The notes: generated by a model not told the origin, from the letters alone. A stretch of DNA of 64,000 nt from an uncultured Acidobacteriota bacterium (GCA_963741955.1 CAVUKB010000004.1:608001-672000); one strand, 5' to 3'; numbered from the stretch's first letter, positions 33,716-44,234 are shown. Numbers and translations are program-made.

Positions 33716-34225
33716 ATGCCCAGGACTGATTTTCAGCAGGTTTCCGATTCCGCACGGGTGTGGGTGTTCGGCGCGGACACGCGCCTCGAGGGGGAGACGG
33801 CATCCGGACTCCTCGAAGCGATGGACCGGTTCCTCGAGGAGTGGAACGCGCACGGGGCTCCAGTGACTGGAGCACGCGAGCTGCTGCACGGCTGCTTTCT
33901 CCTCGTCGCAGCAGAGGAAGCCGACCTTCCCTCGGGATGCTCGATCGATTCGCTCTACCGGACGCTCGCGGAAGCCGGACAACGTCTCGGCGTCTCGATG
34001 CTCCGCCCGCTCGTCTTTTACCGGACGCGCGAGGGCGAGATCCGCGGCGTCACCCGCGACGAATTTCGCCGGGAAGTGGAGCAGGGGAGAGTCGATCTCG
34101 AGACGGAAGTTTTCGACACCACGATCGAATCGATGAAGCAGCTCCGAAGCGACGGTCTCGGCCGTCCTGCCGCTGAATCGTGGCACGCGACGGCGTTTCC
34201 GTTTCCGCAGAACGCGAAGCGGTGA
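33716..34225 (+). CDS. Conserved hypothetical protein
   Basis: ARVWVFG, WNAHG, PSGCSID and VFDT motifs; GAGGAG RBS. Confidence 0.75.
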   Translation: MPRTDFQQVSDSARVWVFGADTRLEGETASGLLEAMDRFLEEWNAHGAPVTGARELLHGCFLLVAAEEADLPSGCSIDSLYRTLAEAGQRLGVSMLRPLVFYRTREGEIRGVTRDEFRREVEQGRVDLETEVFDTTIESMKQLRSDGLGRPAAESWHATAFPFPQNAKR

Positions 34226-34937
34226 TCGCCGTCCTGTCGTTCGGGGAGAGGGGAGGATGAGGCGCCTCCGAAAGTCGGACTCGACTCCTCAGCCACTTGC
34301 TTCATCCCAACGCAGCATCGTCCGCTCGGCTCGAAGGACCGCGGGCTTCCGAACCGGCTGCGGTCAGGCTTCGCCGTGTGGCCGAACTTTCGAATCTCGG
34401 CGGCGTGGGCGGCGGACTGCCGATCACCGGCATTCTGGAGTTTCCGATGAGCGACTACATCGACGGCGACGACGCGCCGCTGGTCGCACCCGATCTCGAT
34501 CCGCAGATCGTTCTTCCCTGACGATCCATCGCATCCCCGGGCCACCCTCGGCCCACGAAATCACTAAGAGCGACCGTCGCGCTCGCAGCAGGAGCATACG
34601 CGGGGTCGGGTGGTGGAAAGGAGCGAGCTCCAGAGACGGAGCGATGTGCGGTCATGTCGACGAGAGCTCGTGCAGTCGCGCCGTGGTTGTGTGGCGGCCC
34701 AACGCAGCAGCGGGCCGGCCGGCGCGGGTGGGCGGGTGTGGGAAGCGCCGGCCAGAAGCGGAGCGCGGCGAGGAGAGAGCGAGGGGGCGCGCGTGGGTGT
34801 GAAGCGAACGCTCGCCGCGCGGAGCGACGCGCGCGCAGACGGCGCCAGCCGGCGAGCACGCGCGGCCCGCGGCCACCCGCCACGAGCGAGGTTTTCCGCG
34901 GGACAGGGCGGTGGACCGTACGAGCGACGCGGAACCA

Positions 34938-35046
34938 GTCGGCCTAATCCCGCGTTCGCCGGCGCGGCACCGCACGCGCTCTCGCGTGCAACTGCCAGCA
35001 CGAGCGACGCGGTGCCGTGTCCGGCGCAACGCTGGATCAGGCCGAC
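34938..35046 (-). other. Decayed integron attC-like hairpin
   Basis: Minus strand GCCTGAT-CCAGC-GTT[G]CGCCGG[A]C...CCGGCGAAC-GCGGG-ATTAGGC: two extrahelical bases 6 bp apart; R boxes deviate from RYYYAAC/GTTRRRY. Confidence 0.55.
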
Positions 35047-35082
35047 CCACCGGCGCAGAACGTACGACCGAACGGTCGGGCG

Positions 35083-35212
35083 GCGGAACGATCGATTCAC
35101 GCTGCACCAAGCGTGGCGCGCCGCTTGCCCGCCGCACTGCCGCTCACCTTTTCGCGGCGGCCTGCAAGCGGCGCGACACGCGAATCACAGGCGTGACTCG
35201 CGCCATCGACAT
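35083..35212 (-). other. Second, more degenerate attC-like hairpin
   Basis: Long imperfect palindrome (CGCGCCGCTTGC...GCAAGCGGCGCG) ending GTTCCGC on the minus strand, just after the immunity gene stop. Confidence 0.35.
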
Positions 35213-35215
35213 GCT

Positions 35216-35521
35216 TCAATCAAAAGGTTTAAGCAGACTCTTTGCTTCCGACTCTCGTAAGAACCGAGAAAACAGCTCGGCCCCATCTCGAAGCTCTCCT
35301 TCGATTTGGCACAACCGTTCAACGCGCACGAACTCCCATCGAACAGTGCCGGAACTCGTTTGATATTCGTGCTCGTACTCCCGGCCAAGCGCTTCCCCGC
35401 GCTGTTGCGCCATGTCCTCATCCGAGACATTCATCAGCACAATTCTGTCTTGCCACAGCCAATCGGAATCCCGATCAGTCGGATGCACTGCACGGAAGAG
35501 CAAACTCGCCGAGTACCACAT
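35216..35521 (-). CDS. DUF4288-like protein, probable Rhs immunity protein
   Basis: MWYSASLLF...DRIVL...A...G...EHEY...VRWEF...DGAELFSR; 3 bp after the Rhs stop; lower GC. Confidence 0.75.
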   Translation of the reverse strand: MWYSASLLFRAVHPTDRDSDWLWQDRIVLMNVSDEDMAQQRGEALGREYEHEYQTSSGTVRWEFVRVERLCQIEGELRDGAELFSRFLRESEAKSLLKPFD

Positions 35522-35524
35522 GCA

Positions 35525-37287
35525 TCACTTCCTAAGTCTCGAGTCGGAAAGCAACTTCTTCGCAGTCTGTGCGGCCTTATTGCCCTCGCGAGCTTCCTTC
35601 CATATTTGCGAGAGGCTTTTCTCCCGCAACTGCTCCGGAAATTCTCGGTTGATGGATCCTTTACATTCCTTCGAAATGACGTCTTTGGCCTTCGATCTAA
35701 AACGCTGAAGTGCTTTCTGTGCCGCCGCGCGCAGCTTGTCTGGAAGCGTTTCGCCCGCTTCGTCCAAGATCTGAGCAATTTCGTCGGCGTCACCTCGTGC
35801 GATCGCCTCCTGCATACTTCGACTGACCGAATCCATCTCGAGACCGGATGGATCAAAGAAGTTGACCGGGTCGCCGTCACAATACTGGTAGATGTTTGCG
35901 GTCCAATCGTAGAAGCTTCGACTGTTGCCCCAGAAGAGAAGCGGATCCTTGGATGTCCATCGTCCCGTATGCGGGTCGTAGTCCCTAGCGCCGAACCTTA
36001 CGAGCCCCGTGTCCCGATCGTAGAGTCCACCGGCGAACCCGAAAGGCTGGAAGCCGGGGTTGGAGTCGGATCGTACGTTCCCGAATTCGTCGTAATCGAC
36101 GGAGTCCGTGATGGTGCCGGTCGTGGTGTCGAGGACGTATCGGACGCTTCCGAGGTGATCCACGACCAGACGGTACGTAGTGCCACCGGCGATCATGAGG
36201 TCTGGGACATTCGCGCGGGTCGCATAGACGAACCGCTTCGTGATTGTCCCCGTGCCGTCGGTTTGGGCTGCGATCTGGAGCTGGTTGCGCCAGAGCCAAC
36301 CCTGGAGGAGCGTGCCGTTCACCTTCTTTCCGACGCGGCGGTTCAGGCCGTCGATCACATATTCGATGACCGTGCCGTCGGCTTTGGTGACCTTGAGGAG
36401 GTTCCCGAGCTCATCGTACGAGTACGACGTCGTCCCGGTGGTGTCGGTCTTCGTCGCGAGCTCGCCGTTGGGAGCGTACGTGTAGGTCGTGCCGTCCGAG
36501 CTGGAGATGAGCCGGTCCTGGTCATCGACGGTGTACGTGATGGTTCCTGACGTGGTGGTCTTCGCTTTCCGGTTGCCGTTGTCGTCGTACTGGTACTCCG
36601 CGTCGAGCTGTCCGTTCGTGTACGCCTTCCAGAGCCGTCCGGCGGTGTCGTAGTCGAAGTTCCTGGTGAACGTGAGCCCGTACCGGCTCTCGTCGATCTG
36701 CGTGATCCGTCCGCCGTCGTCGCGCGTGAAGGACTCGCCGAAAGCCGGCGAGCCTTTGGCCGTGTACTGATCCGTATGCGGTTCGGCGTACCCGTTCCAC
36801 CCGATCGTCTCGTCGATGATGCCGGCCGTGGTGCCGCTCGGCAGGCCGTTGCCCGGATCGCGGGTGATGGTGAGCGGGCCGGCGGTGGTGAGGAGCGAGT
36901 CGGGATCGTACCCGTAGGTGGTGGTGTTGCCGGCGAGCGTTTCGGTGTGGAGGCGGAAGTCGTTGTCGTACGTCCACCCGATGCTGCCGCTGATGGTTCC
37001 GGTCGTGGTTTCGCTGGTCACGAGGCTTCCATCATACCCGAACGTGGTCGAGGCGCCTTCGGGCGCAGTGACGGTCTCGAGGTTTCCGCTCGTGCCCTCG
37101 TACGCGTAATCGTAGGTTCCTCTGCCGATGGTGAGGGTCGAGAGGCGATTGCCGAAGTACCCGAAGCCCACGGTCTTGCCGTCGGGGCGATTGATGGTCT
37201 GGAGGCGGTGGTCGTTGTCGTAGTGGTACGTGGTGCTGCCGCCGCTCGGGATGCTCGGCGGGTCGTACGTTTGGACGAAGTCATCAA
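35525..37287 (-). pseudogene. 5'-truncated (orphan) Rhs core with C-terminal toxin domain
   Basis: YD repeats, FGFAGGLYD.DTGL.RFGARDYDP.TGRW.SKDP, NIYQYC.GDPVN.FDPSGL, then about 105-aa tip; YD-like frame continues upstream of GTG 37171 to about 37287 with no proper start. Confidence 0.85.
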
Positions 37288-37493
37288 GATCACTCAGGAT
37301 ACGAGCCTGAGTCTCAGGTCTGCCCGTGGTCTACGCCGGCATCGCGAATCGGGTGACCGGCGTAGCTCTTCTTCGCACGCTCACAGGCGAGGTTGGCCTG
37401 TTCAGCCGACCGGCGGACGGTGTCGATTCGCCTGCGATCTTCCTGAGTAAAGAGACGCGAACCAACCGCAGCGCGAGAGGAACGGGTGGCGCG

Positions 37494-37555
37494 TCGTTGC
37501 CGCCATCGCTTGCCGGCGCGACGCCGCCAAGCCTCGTGCGAGACGCACGACCCAC
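37494..37555. repeat. Degenerate copy of the REP unit of the 46.4-49 kb array
   Basis: GTTGCCGCCATCGCT...GCCTCGTGCGAGACGCACGACCCAC resembles 48643-48701. Confidence 0.6.
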
Positions 37556-37572
37556 TCGCCGAGGCTTGCGCA

Positions 37573-40500
37573 TCAGCTCTGGGCGCGTTCACCGGTGATC
37601 GACCAGATCGCCAGGGCCTTCTGTTCCGTCTCGTGCCGGTGATGGGATCCCGTCGCCGGTGACGCGCTGACCGGACGCCCGACGTAGTGGAGCTTCTCCT
37701 GACCGACCATCTGGAGGAGGCGCTCCTTCACGAAGTCCCACCCCCCCATGTTGCGCGGCTCTTCCTGCGTCCACGCGATCGATCTCGCGTTCCGGTATTT
37801 CGCGAAAATCTCGTCGAGCATCGCTTCGGGAAAGGGATAGAACTGCTCGAGCCGCACGACGGCGACGTCGTCCCGCCCGAGCTCGTCCTTCGCCGACGCG
37901 AGATCGTAGTAGACCTTCCCCGAAGCGAGCACGATCCGGGTGACCGCATTCGCCGCAGCTTCGTCCGCGGCCGCGAGCTTCGGATCGTCGAGCACCGGCT
38001 CGAAACGCCCCTGCAGGAGCTCCGAGCTCTGCGAGACGGCGGCCGGATGACGGAGGAGCGACTTCGGCGTGGTGATGATCAACGGTTTCCGCGGCTGCAC
38101 CCGCACCTGCCTCCGCAACAGATGAAAGTACTGCGCGGGAGTGCTCGGATTCGCGACCTGCATGTTTCCTTCCGCGCAGAGCGTGAGGAAGCGCTCGAGC
38201 CGGGCACTGGAATGCTCCGGCCCCTGGCCTTCGTATCCGTGAGGGAGAAGGAGCACCAGCCCGCTGTGCTGATCCCATTTCTCCTCGGCACTGGAGATGA
38301 ACTGGTCGATGATGATCTGCGCGCCGTTCATGAAGTCGCCGAACTGCGCCTCCCAGAGAACGAGGGCAGTCTTGTCGACGACGGAGTATCCGTACTCGAA
38401 ACCGAGTGCTCCGTATTCGGAGAGGAGGGAATCGTAGACGGCGAACGTGATCGGGCCGGCACTCTGAGCGACTTCGCCATTCGGCAGCTCGACCGATTCT
38501 TCGCGGTTCGCGAGCTGGTTGAGCGGGATGAAGCGCTCACCGCTCTCGTAGTCGTAGAAGATCGCGTGGCGCTGGGAGAAGGTGCCGCGTGCGCTGTCCT
38601 GACCGCTGAGACGCACTCGATGTCCCTCGAGCAGGAGTGAGCCGAACGCGATCGATTCGGCGGTCGCCCAGTCGAGAGGATCGTTCCCTTCGACCATCGA
38701 CGCGCGCCTCTTGACGAAAGGCTTGAGTTTCGGATGCAGGGTGAACGTTTCGGGGACGGTGGTGAGAGCTTCTCCGATCCGCCGCAACTCGTCCGTCTCG
38801 ATGCCGGTATCGGGCGACGGCTCGTTCTGCAGTCCGGTGATCTCTTCGTCACTCCAGAGCGGTCGGTGAGCCTCGGGCGGTTTTCCCTCCCCGTGAGTCT
38901 TGTCGAATGCTTCCTGGAGTCGCTGGCGGAACGAGTCGAGCCACTGCTCGGCTTCCTGCGGTCCGAGATCTCCCTTGCGCAGGAGCGATTCGGTGTAGAG
39001 CTTCCGGACCGAGCGATGATCCTTGATCAGCTTGTACATCTTCGGCTGGGTGAGCGACGGATCGTCCGCCTCGTTGTGGCCGTGCCGGCGGTAGCAGATC
39101 ATGTCGATGACCACGTCCTTCTTGAACTGCTGCCGGTACTCGAACGCGAGCTTCACTACGCGGATGCACGCTTCGGGATCGTCGCCGTTGACGTGGAAGA
39201 TCGGTGCCTGAACCATCTTCGCGACGTCGGTCGCATAGACGGTCGAGCGGGCGGACTCCGGTCCGGTGGTGAACCCGATCTGGTTGTTCACCACGATGTG
39301 GATCGTTCCGCCGGTGCGGTAGCCCTTGAGCTGCGAAAGGTTCAGCGTTTCCGCGACCACGCCCTGGCCGGCGAACGCGGCGTCGCCGTGGAGGAGGATC
39401 GACATGACGCGACGGCGCTCGGTATCCCGAAGGAGTTTCTGCGTGGCGCGCGTCATTCCTTCCACGATCGGATCGACCGCTTCGAGATGGCTGGGATTCG
39501 AAGCAAGGGTGATCCCCACTTCTCGTGACGAGGGGGCGACGTGGGTGCCGCGCGCGCCGAGGTGGTACTTGACGTCGCCCGATCCCTGGGTGGTGTTCGG
39601 ATCGATGTCGCCTTCGAATTCGTAGAAGATCTTCTCGTACGACTTTCCGACGATGTTGGCGAGCACGTTCAGACGTCCGCGATGGGACATCCCGAGCACG
39701 ACTTCTTTCATCTCGCTGTCGGCGGCCTCGGAGAGGAGTGCGTCGAGCATCGGGACGAGGGTCTCGGCTCCTTCCAGTGAGAAGCGCTTGTGCCCCACGT
39801 ACTTGGTGTGGAGGAACTTCTCGAAGGCCTCGGCGTCGTTGAGCTTCAGGAGAATCCGTCGCTTCGTGGCATCGTCGAGGGGAGTGCCGTTGCGCGACGG
39901 CTCCATCCGTTCCTGCAGCCACTTCTTCTCGACCGGATTCTGGATGTGCATGTACTCCGGGCCGATCTTCCCGCAGTAAGTCTCACGGAGTACGTCGAGG
40001 ATCTCGCGGAGCCTGGCCTTCGGTTTTCCCGACAGGCCCCCGGTGATGAACTCACGATCGAGATCCCAGATGGTCAGCTTGTAGTAGATCGGATTGAGCT
40101 CTGCATGGTGACCGACATGGTATTCGAGCGGGTCGAGATCACCGAGCAGATGTCCGCGTACGCGGTACGCGTTGATCATCTGCAGCACGCCTGCTTCCTT
40201 GCGGATGACTTCTTCACTCCGGGCGCCGGAGAGGAATGAGACGCCGAGATCTCGGGACCAGGAGACCGGCTCGTAGGGAATCCGGAGATCGCGGAAGATC
40301 TCGTCGTAGAAGTTGTCGGTTCCGAGAAGGAGGGCGTGAATGCGGGCGAGAAACTGTCCCGATTCTGCCCCCTGGATGATCCGATGATCGTAGGTGCTGG
40401 TCATCGTCATCACTTTCGAAATTCCGATCTCCGCGGCGACCCGGGGATCCGTGCCGGCGTATTCGGGGGGGAAGTCGATCTGGCCCGTGGCGATGATGCT

Positions 40501-41304
40501 GCCCTGACCCTGCATCAGCCGGGGGATGGACGAGACGGTGCCGATCGTGCCGGGGTTGGTGAGGGAGATCGTGGTTCCTTCGAAGTCCGGGATCTGAAGG
40601 GATCCGCTGCGCGCCTTCCGGACGAGATCGTTGTAGCTCCGGAGGAAGTGCCAGAAATCGAGACTCTGAGCGTTCTTGACGTTCGGGACGAGAAGCGATC
40701 GCGATCCATCCTTCTTTTCGACGTCGATCGCGATGCCGAAGTTGACGTGATCGCGATCGATGCGGACCGGCTGACCGTCTTCCATCGCGAAGGAGGAGTT
40801 CATCCGCGGAAATTCGTTCAGGGACTTCACGATGGCCCAGGCGATGATGTGAGTGAACGAAGCCTTCGGCTGTCCGATCAGCGAAAGGTGCTGGTTGATG
40901 ATGCGGCGGTTCTCCTCGAGCACCTTGACCGGGATGTTTCGTACCGAAGTCGCAGTGGGTACGGTGAGCGAAGCCTCCATGTTCTGAACGATGCGAGCGG
41001 GTGCGCCGCGCAGAGGAGTCAGTGTGCCGGACGGAGGGACTGCTGCGGGAGCGGGCACCGGAGCGAGCGCGGGACGCGCCTGTACCGGAGCGGGACGGCT
41101 CGGAATCGGAGCGTGCATCACCGTTCTGGCGGGTTGCGGCGTCTCCTCCTCAGGCTGGCCGTCGGGACCGGGCTGCTCTTCGGGGACGTAGTCCTGAAAG
41201 AACTCCCTCCAGCTCTCACTGACCGAGGAGGGGTCGTGCTGATACTTCTCGAAGAGCTCTTCGATGAAGGCGATGTTCGTACCGTACGGTGATGCAGTCG
41301 ACAT
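37573..41304 (-). CDS. kgd: Multifunctional 2-oxoglutarate decarboxylase/dehydrogenase (fused E2-like + E1, Kgd/OdhA type)
   Basis: TYDHRIIQGAESG (E2), KRFSLEG, GMSHRGRLN, HGDAAFAGQG, WEAQFGDF, HGYEGQGPEHSS. Confidence 0.95.
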   Translation of the reverse strand: MSTASPYGTNIAFIEELFEKYQHDPSSVSESWREFFQDYVPEEQPGPDGQPEEETPQPARTVMHAPIPSRPAPVQARPALAPVPAPAAVPPSGTLTPLRGAPARIVQNMEASLTVPTATSVRNIPVKVLEENRRIINQHLSLIGQPKASFTHIIAWAIVKSLNEFPRMNSSFAMEDGQPVRIDRDHVNFGIAIDVEKKDGSRSLLVPNVKNAQSLDFWHFLRSYNDLVRKARSGSLQIPDFEGTTISLTNPGTIGTVSSIPRLMQGQGSIIATGQIDFPPEYAGTDPRVAAEIGISKVMTMTSTYDHRIIQGAESGQFLARIHALLLGTDNFYDEIFRDLRIPYEPVSWSRDLGVSFLSGARSEEVIRKEAGVLQMINAYRVRGHLLGDLDPLEYHVGHHAELNPIYYKLTIWDLDREFITGGLSGKPKARLREILDVLRETYCGKIGPEYMHIQNPVEKKWLQERMEPSRNGTPLDDATKRRILLKLNDAEAFEKFLHTKYVGHKRFSLEGAETLVPMLDALLSEAADSEMKEVVLGMSHRGRLNVLANIVGKSYEKIFYEFEGDIDPNTTQGSGDVKYHLGARGTHVAPSSREVGITLASNPSHLEAVDPIVEGMTRATQKLLRDTERRRVMSILLHGDAAFAGQGVVAETLNLSQLKGYRTGGTIHIVVNNQIGFTTGPESARSTVYATDVAKMVQAPIFHVNGDDPEACIRVVKLAFEYRQQFKKDVVIDMICYRRHGHNEADDPSLTQPKMYKLIKDHRSVRKLYTESLLRKGDLGPQEAEQWLDSFRQRLQEAFDKTHGEGKPPEAHRPLWSDEEITGLQNEPSPDTGIETDELRRIGEALTTVPETFTLHPKLKPFVKRRASMVEGNDPLDWATAESIAFGSLLLEGHRVRLSGQDSARGTFSQRHAIFYDYESGERFIPLNQLANREESVELPNGEVAQSAGPITFAVYDSLLSEYGALGFEYGYSVVDKTALVLWEAQFGDFMNGAQIIIDQFISSAEEKWDQHSGLVLLLPHGYEGQGPEHSSARLERFLTLCAEGNMQVANPSTPAQYFHLLRRQVRVQPRKPLIITTPKSLLRHPAAVSQSSELLQGRFEPVLDDPKLAAADEAAANAVTRIVLASGKVYYDLASAKDELGRDDVAVVRLEQFYPFPEAMLDEIFAKYRNARSIAWTQEEPRNMGGWDFVKERLLQMVGQEKLHYVGRPVSASPATGSHHRHETEQKALAIWSITGERAQS

Positions 41305-41400
41305 GAGGAATCCTTCGTAACGCTCTGAATACAAAAACAACTGAGTCGCCGCGCCGATCATTTCGCCCGCCGGCAACGGCATTCGGGCTCCGCGCTTCGA

Positions 41401-42135
41401 TCATGCCCCGATCGCGCGTGTGCGTGCAGTTCGCCTCTGTTGGCTCCGGTCGAAAAACGTGTGTGACAGCGCGGTCAGTCCGAGCCAGCCGAAGCCGGCA
41501 GCGAAGCCGCCGAGCACGTCCGAAGGGAAGTGAACCCGAAAATAGATCCGGGAGAATCCGACCGAAAGGATCACGATGGCTGACACCGAGTGCGCGCACA
41601 GCTGTACGATCGTCGAACGTGATTCTACAAGATGATGCGCCACGATCGGATAGGTAGCGGCGGAAAGGAGCGAATGTCCGCTCGGAAAGCTGTGCGAGCG
41701 GGGAAGCTTGATCTGTCGGTAGAGCTCCTGCGGGCGCTCGCGCTGGAAGATCGCCTTGAGGGCCGAGTTGAGCGCCAGCGCTCCTCCCGTGCTGATCAGC
41801 ACCGTCCACGCGTCCTGAGCTTTCCCTTTGCGAATCATCGCCAGTGCGGTCAGACCGGTGGCGGTGATGATGGCGGGATGAGAGCCGAGATGGGTGACGA
41901 GCTCCATCGCCTCGAGAACGCTCTCGTTGTCGAGGGTGCCCACTGCTTCCAGAATCGCGCCGTCGTAAACGTCCGCCTTTCCGGTCACCACCCGTTTCGC
42001 CTGATGGCGGAAGAACCAGAAAGCGACGCTCGCAAGAGCGATTCCGCCGCTGATGCCGATAGCACTGGGGAGAAAACGCTGCCGTCTTTTCGGCCTCATC
42101 TTCTTTGGCTGCTGCGGCCTCTTCTCGTGATTCAC
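41401..42135 (-). CDS. PAP2-family phosphatase
   Basis: K...R.RP, SFPSGH, SRIYFRVHFPSDV. Confidence 0.9.
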   Translation of the reverse strand: MNHEKRPQQPKKMRPKRRQRFLPSAIGISGGIALASVAFWFFRHQAKRVVTGKADVYDGAILEAVGTLDNESVLEAMELVTHLGSHPAIITATGLTALAMIRKGKAQDAWTVLISTGGALALNSALKAIFQRERPQELYRQIKLPRSHSFPSGHSLLSAATYPIVAHHLVESRSTIVQLCAHSVSAIVILSVGFSRIYFRVHFPSDVLGGFAAGFGWLGLTALSHTFFDRSQQRRTARTRAIGA

Positions 42136-42199
42136 GAATCCCTTACCTTTCGCTGGAGAGGCTCGAGAGTCGAGATCGTGAAGCGAGGAGGAATCCTTC

Positions 42200-42277
42200 G
42201 TTGCCGAAGCCGTGCGCGCCTTCCATCCAAGCCACTCTCCGCCTCCTCGTGACGAGACGGTGTGAGAAATGCGGGCT
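42200..42277. repeat. Half copy of the MITE at 32898
   Basis: GCCTCCTCGTGACGAGACGGTGTGAGAAATGCGGGCT is the reverse complement of the 32898 left end. Confidence 0.65.
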
Positions 42278-42333
42278 GGGGGCAGGGTCTTTCATCACGC
42301 CGGAACGATACCAGATCCTGAGATCCGAGCGAA

Positions 42334-43185
42334 TCACCGCGTGTACACGAGAAAACGGTGTGCGGGTTTCGCGCCGACTCTCCGATACATCGAAGTTTCC
42401 GCGACCCACGGAATGATCGCTTCCTGGTAGCCACGCGCGGAGAGCTCGCCCAGAACCCGGGAGAGGAGAGCCGAACCGATCCCACAGCCGCGCGCCGCTC
42501 GAATGGTTCCGGTCGGGCCGAACCCACCGAGTCCGTGATTGTTCGCGTCCCCCGCGGCGAACGCCACGTAGCTCCCCGAGCGCCCGGCGACGTGGAGGAT
42601 CGGATCGGGGTGATCGAGAGCGCGGAGAGCCTCGAGCGCCCACGCTCTCCCGAATTGCTCTTCGATGAACCGCCGGATGGCATCCCGCTCGTGCGTCCCG
42701 GCCCGGCGGATGACGATCGTCGCGTCGGGGAGAGGTCCGGGTTGTTCCCTTGGAGGGAGCGGGAGAACGAGGTCGATGTTGAGGCGGTCGCTCGGGCGGA
42801 AGCCGCGGGCGTGGAAGAAAGAGGTCGACTCGAAGTCGTCGCTCGCAACGCCGGGAGTGAAGTAGTTGCCCGGCTCCGCGCCGACGGTCTCGCACGGGCC
42901 GACCGCTTCCAGAAGGGAAGAGCCGATGCCTTCCCGCCGTGCGTCCCGGGCCACGAGGAGGAGGCGGAGAAAGCGACCGCAGCGGACCGCCATTCCGACG
43001 CATTTGCCGTTTCGGAACGCGCCGAGCGTCTCCGGTTCGCCGCTCACCCCCGGCCCGAAGATCTTCTCGTCGAGCACGGCTGCGAGGTCGTAGGGACCTT
43101 CGTTCGATTCGCGAGCGAGGGAGAGGAGAGACGACAGATCGGATCGGTCGAGGCGGCGGATCGTGGAGCCGGAATGTAGAGGCAT
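42334..43185 (-). CDS. Tandem GNAT acetyltransferase
   Basis: Two motif-A copies (RREGIGSSLL; RGCGIGSALL), FGPTG. Confidence 0.85.
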   Translation of the reverse strand: MPLHSGSTIRRLDRSDLSSLLSLARESNEGPYDLAAVLDEKIFGPGVSGEPETLGAFRNGKCVGMAVRCGRFLRLLLVARDARREGIGSSLLEAVGPCETVGAEPGNYFTPGVASDDFESTSFFHARGFRPSDRLNIDLVLPLPPREQPGPLPDATIVIRRAGTHERDAIRRFIEEQFGRAWALEALRALDHPDPILHVAGRSGSYVAFAAGDANNHGLGGFGPTGTIRAARGCGIGSALLSRVLGELSARGYQEAIIPWVAETSMYRRVGAKPAHRFLVYTR

Positions 43186-44171
43186 TACTGGTTCTCTCGA
43201 TTGTGCGGAGCCTGCGAAGGAGTGAGCTGTTGGAGCAGAGCACGCAGCTCGCGCCGGGCGGCGGCCTGCTGGTCCGGAGTCCCGTCGAGAAGAGCGGCAA
43301 TCCGTTCGAGCTCTTCGGCCAGGGAGGGCGACGCATCTGCCGGAGAAAGCGCGGGCTGGATCCCGGACTTCTCGAGCAATTCGCGCCTCTTCCGCGCCGC
43401 CGCGTTCCGGCTGGTGACGCGTTCCGCGATTTTTTCCGGAAGAGTGGTGGCCGCGGTTTCCACACTGTGGATGAGCGCATCACGATCGAACGGCACGTCG
43501 GCGAGAGAGGCCCGAATGGTCCGCAGGCGCTGAACCGCGGGCGCCCAGGGACTTCTCGGGTCGTCGTCGAGCGGAGCCGCGATCAACGCGACACGGACGC
43601 GGGAACGATTCTTCGGCCGATGGATCACGACGTTCACGGTCGCGTTCTTCGCGATGTCGGCGAGAGGGACGTCACGTGGCGTGCCCGCGGTCACGAGCTC
43701 ATTCACAGGAATGGTGTTGGTGCCGTCACGGCCGTCGAAGTAGTGCATCGTCGCCACGACTCGATCGAAGAGGAGCGGAGGACCGTTCTCGACGGTCACT
43801 CTCACCAGCCAGGCTCGCGGGGCGGAGAGTGTCACCGTCGTGGTCTCGGCGGCACTCTGATCGAGCGCGAGATCGCGGATCACCGCCGGCCCTTCCTCCC
43901 GCTGAAGCGACGCCCATCGCCACCGGCCGTCAGTGCGGGGCTCGCGGAGAGCGTCGATCTCGGAGTCGAGAAGCGCAGAAACGACGGCGCGGAGATCGGA
44001 TGGATCGTTCACGCGCCGTGCGATCTCGGCCGTGGCATCGAGAGTGGCGGAGAGGCGCACGATCTGAGCGGCCTCACGATCGACGTCCCGGGCAGAAGAG
44101 GCGGCGGACGCGATCCCCGGGAGGGCGGTCAGGATCGGGAAGAGGAGTGCGATGGGAAGGGACCGTTTCAT
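43185..44171 (-). CDS. Hypothetical secreted protein
   Basis: MKRSLPIALLFPIL... signal peptide; TAATG overlap with the GNAT gene. Confidence 0.65.
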   Translation of the reverse strand: MKRSLPIALLFPILTALPGIASAASSARDVDREAAQIVRLSATLDATAEIARRVNDPSDLRAVVSALLDSEIDALREPRTDGRWRWASLQREEGPAVIRDLALDQSAAETTTVTLSAPRAWLVRVTVENGPPLLFDRVVATMHYFDGRDGTNTIPVNELVTAGTPRDVPLADIAKNATVNVVIHRPKNRSRVRVALIAAPLDDDPRSPWAPAVQRLRTIRASLADVPFDRDALIHSVETAATTLPEKIAERVTSRNAAARKRRELLEKSGIQPALSPADASPSLAEELERIAALLDGTPDQQAAARRELRALLQQLTPSQAPHNRENQ

Positions 44172-44234
44172 GGCGACCGGCGAGAGTTTACCTTCGGAAG
44201 ATCCCGTTGTGGAACAGAGATCTCGACTCTCGGG

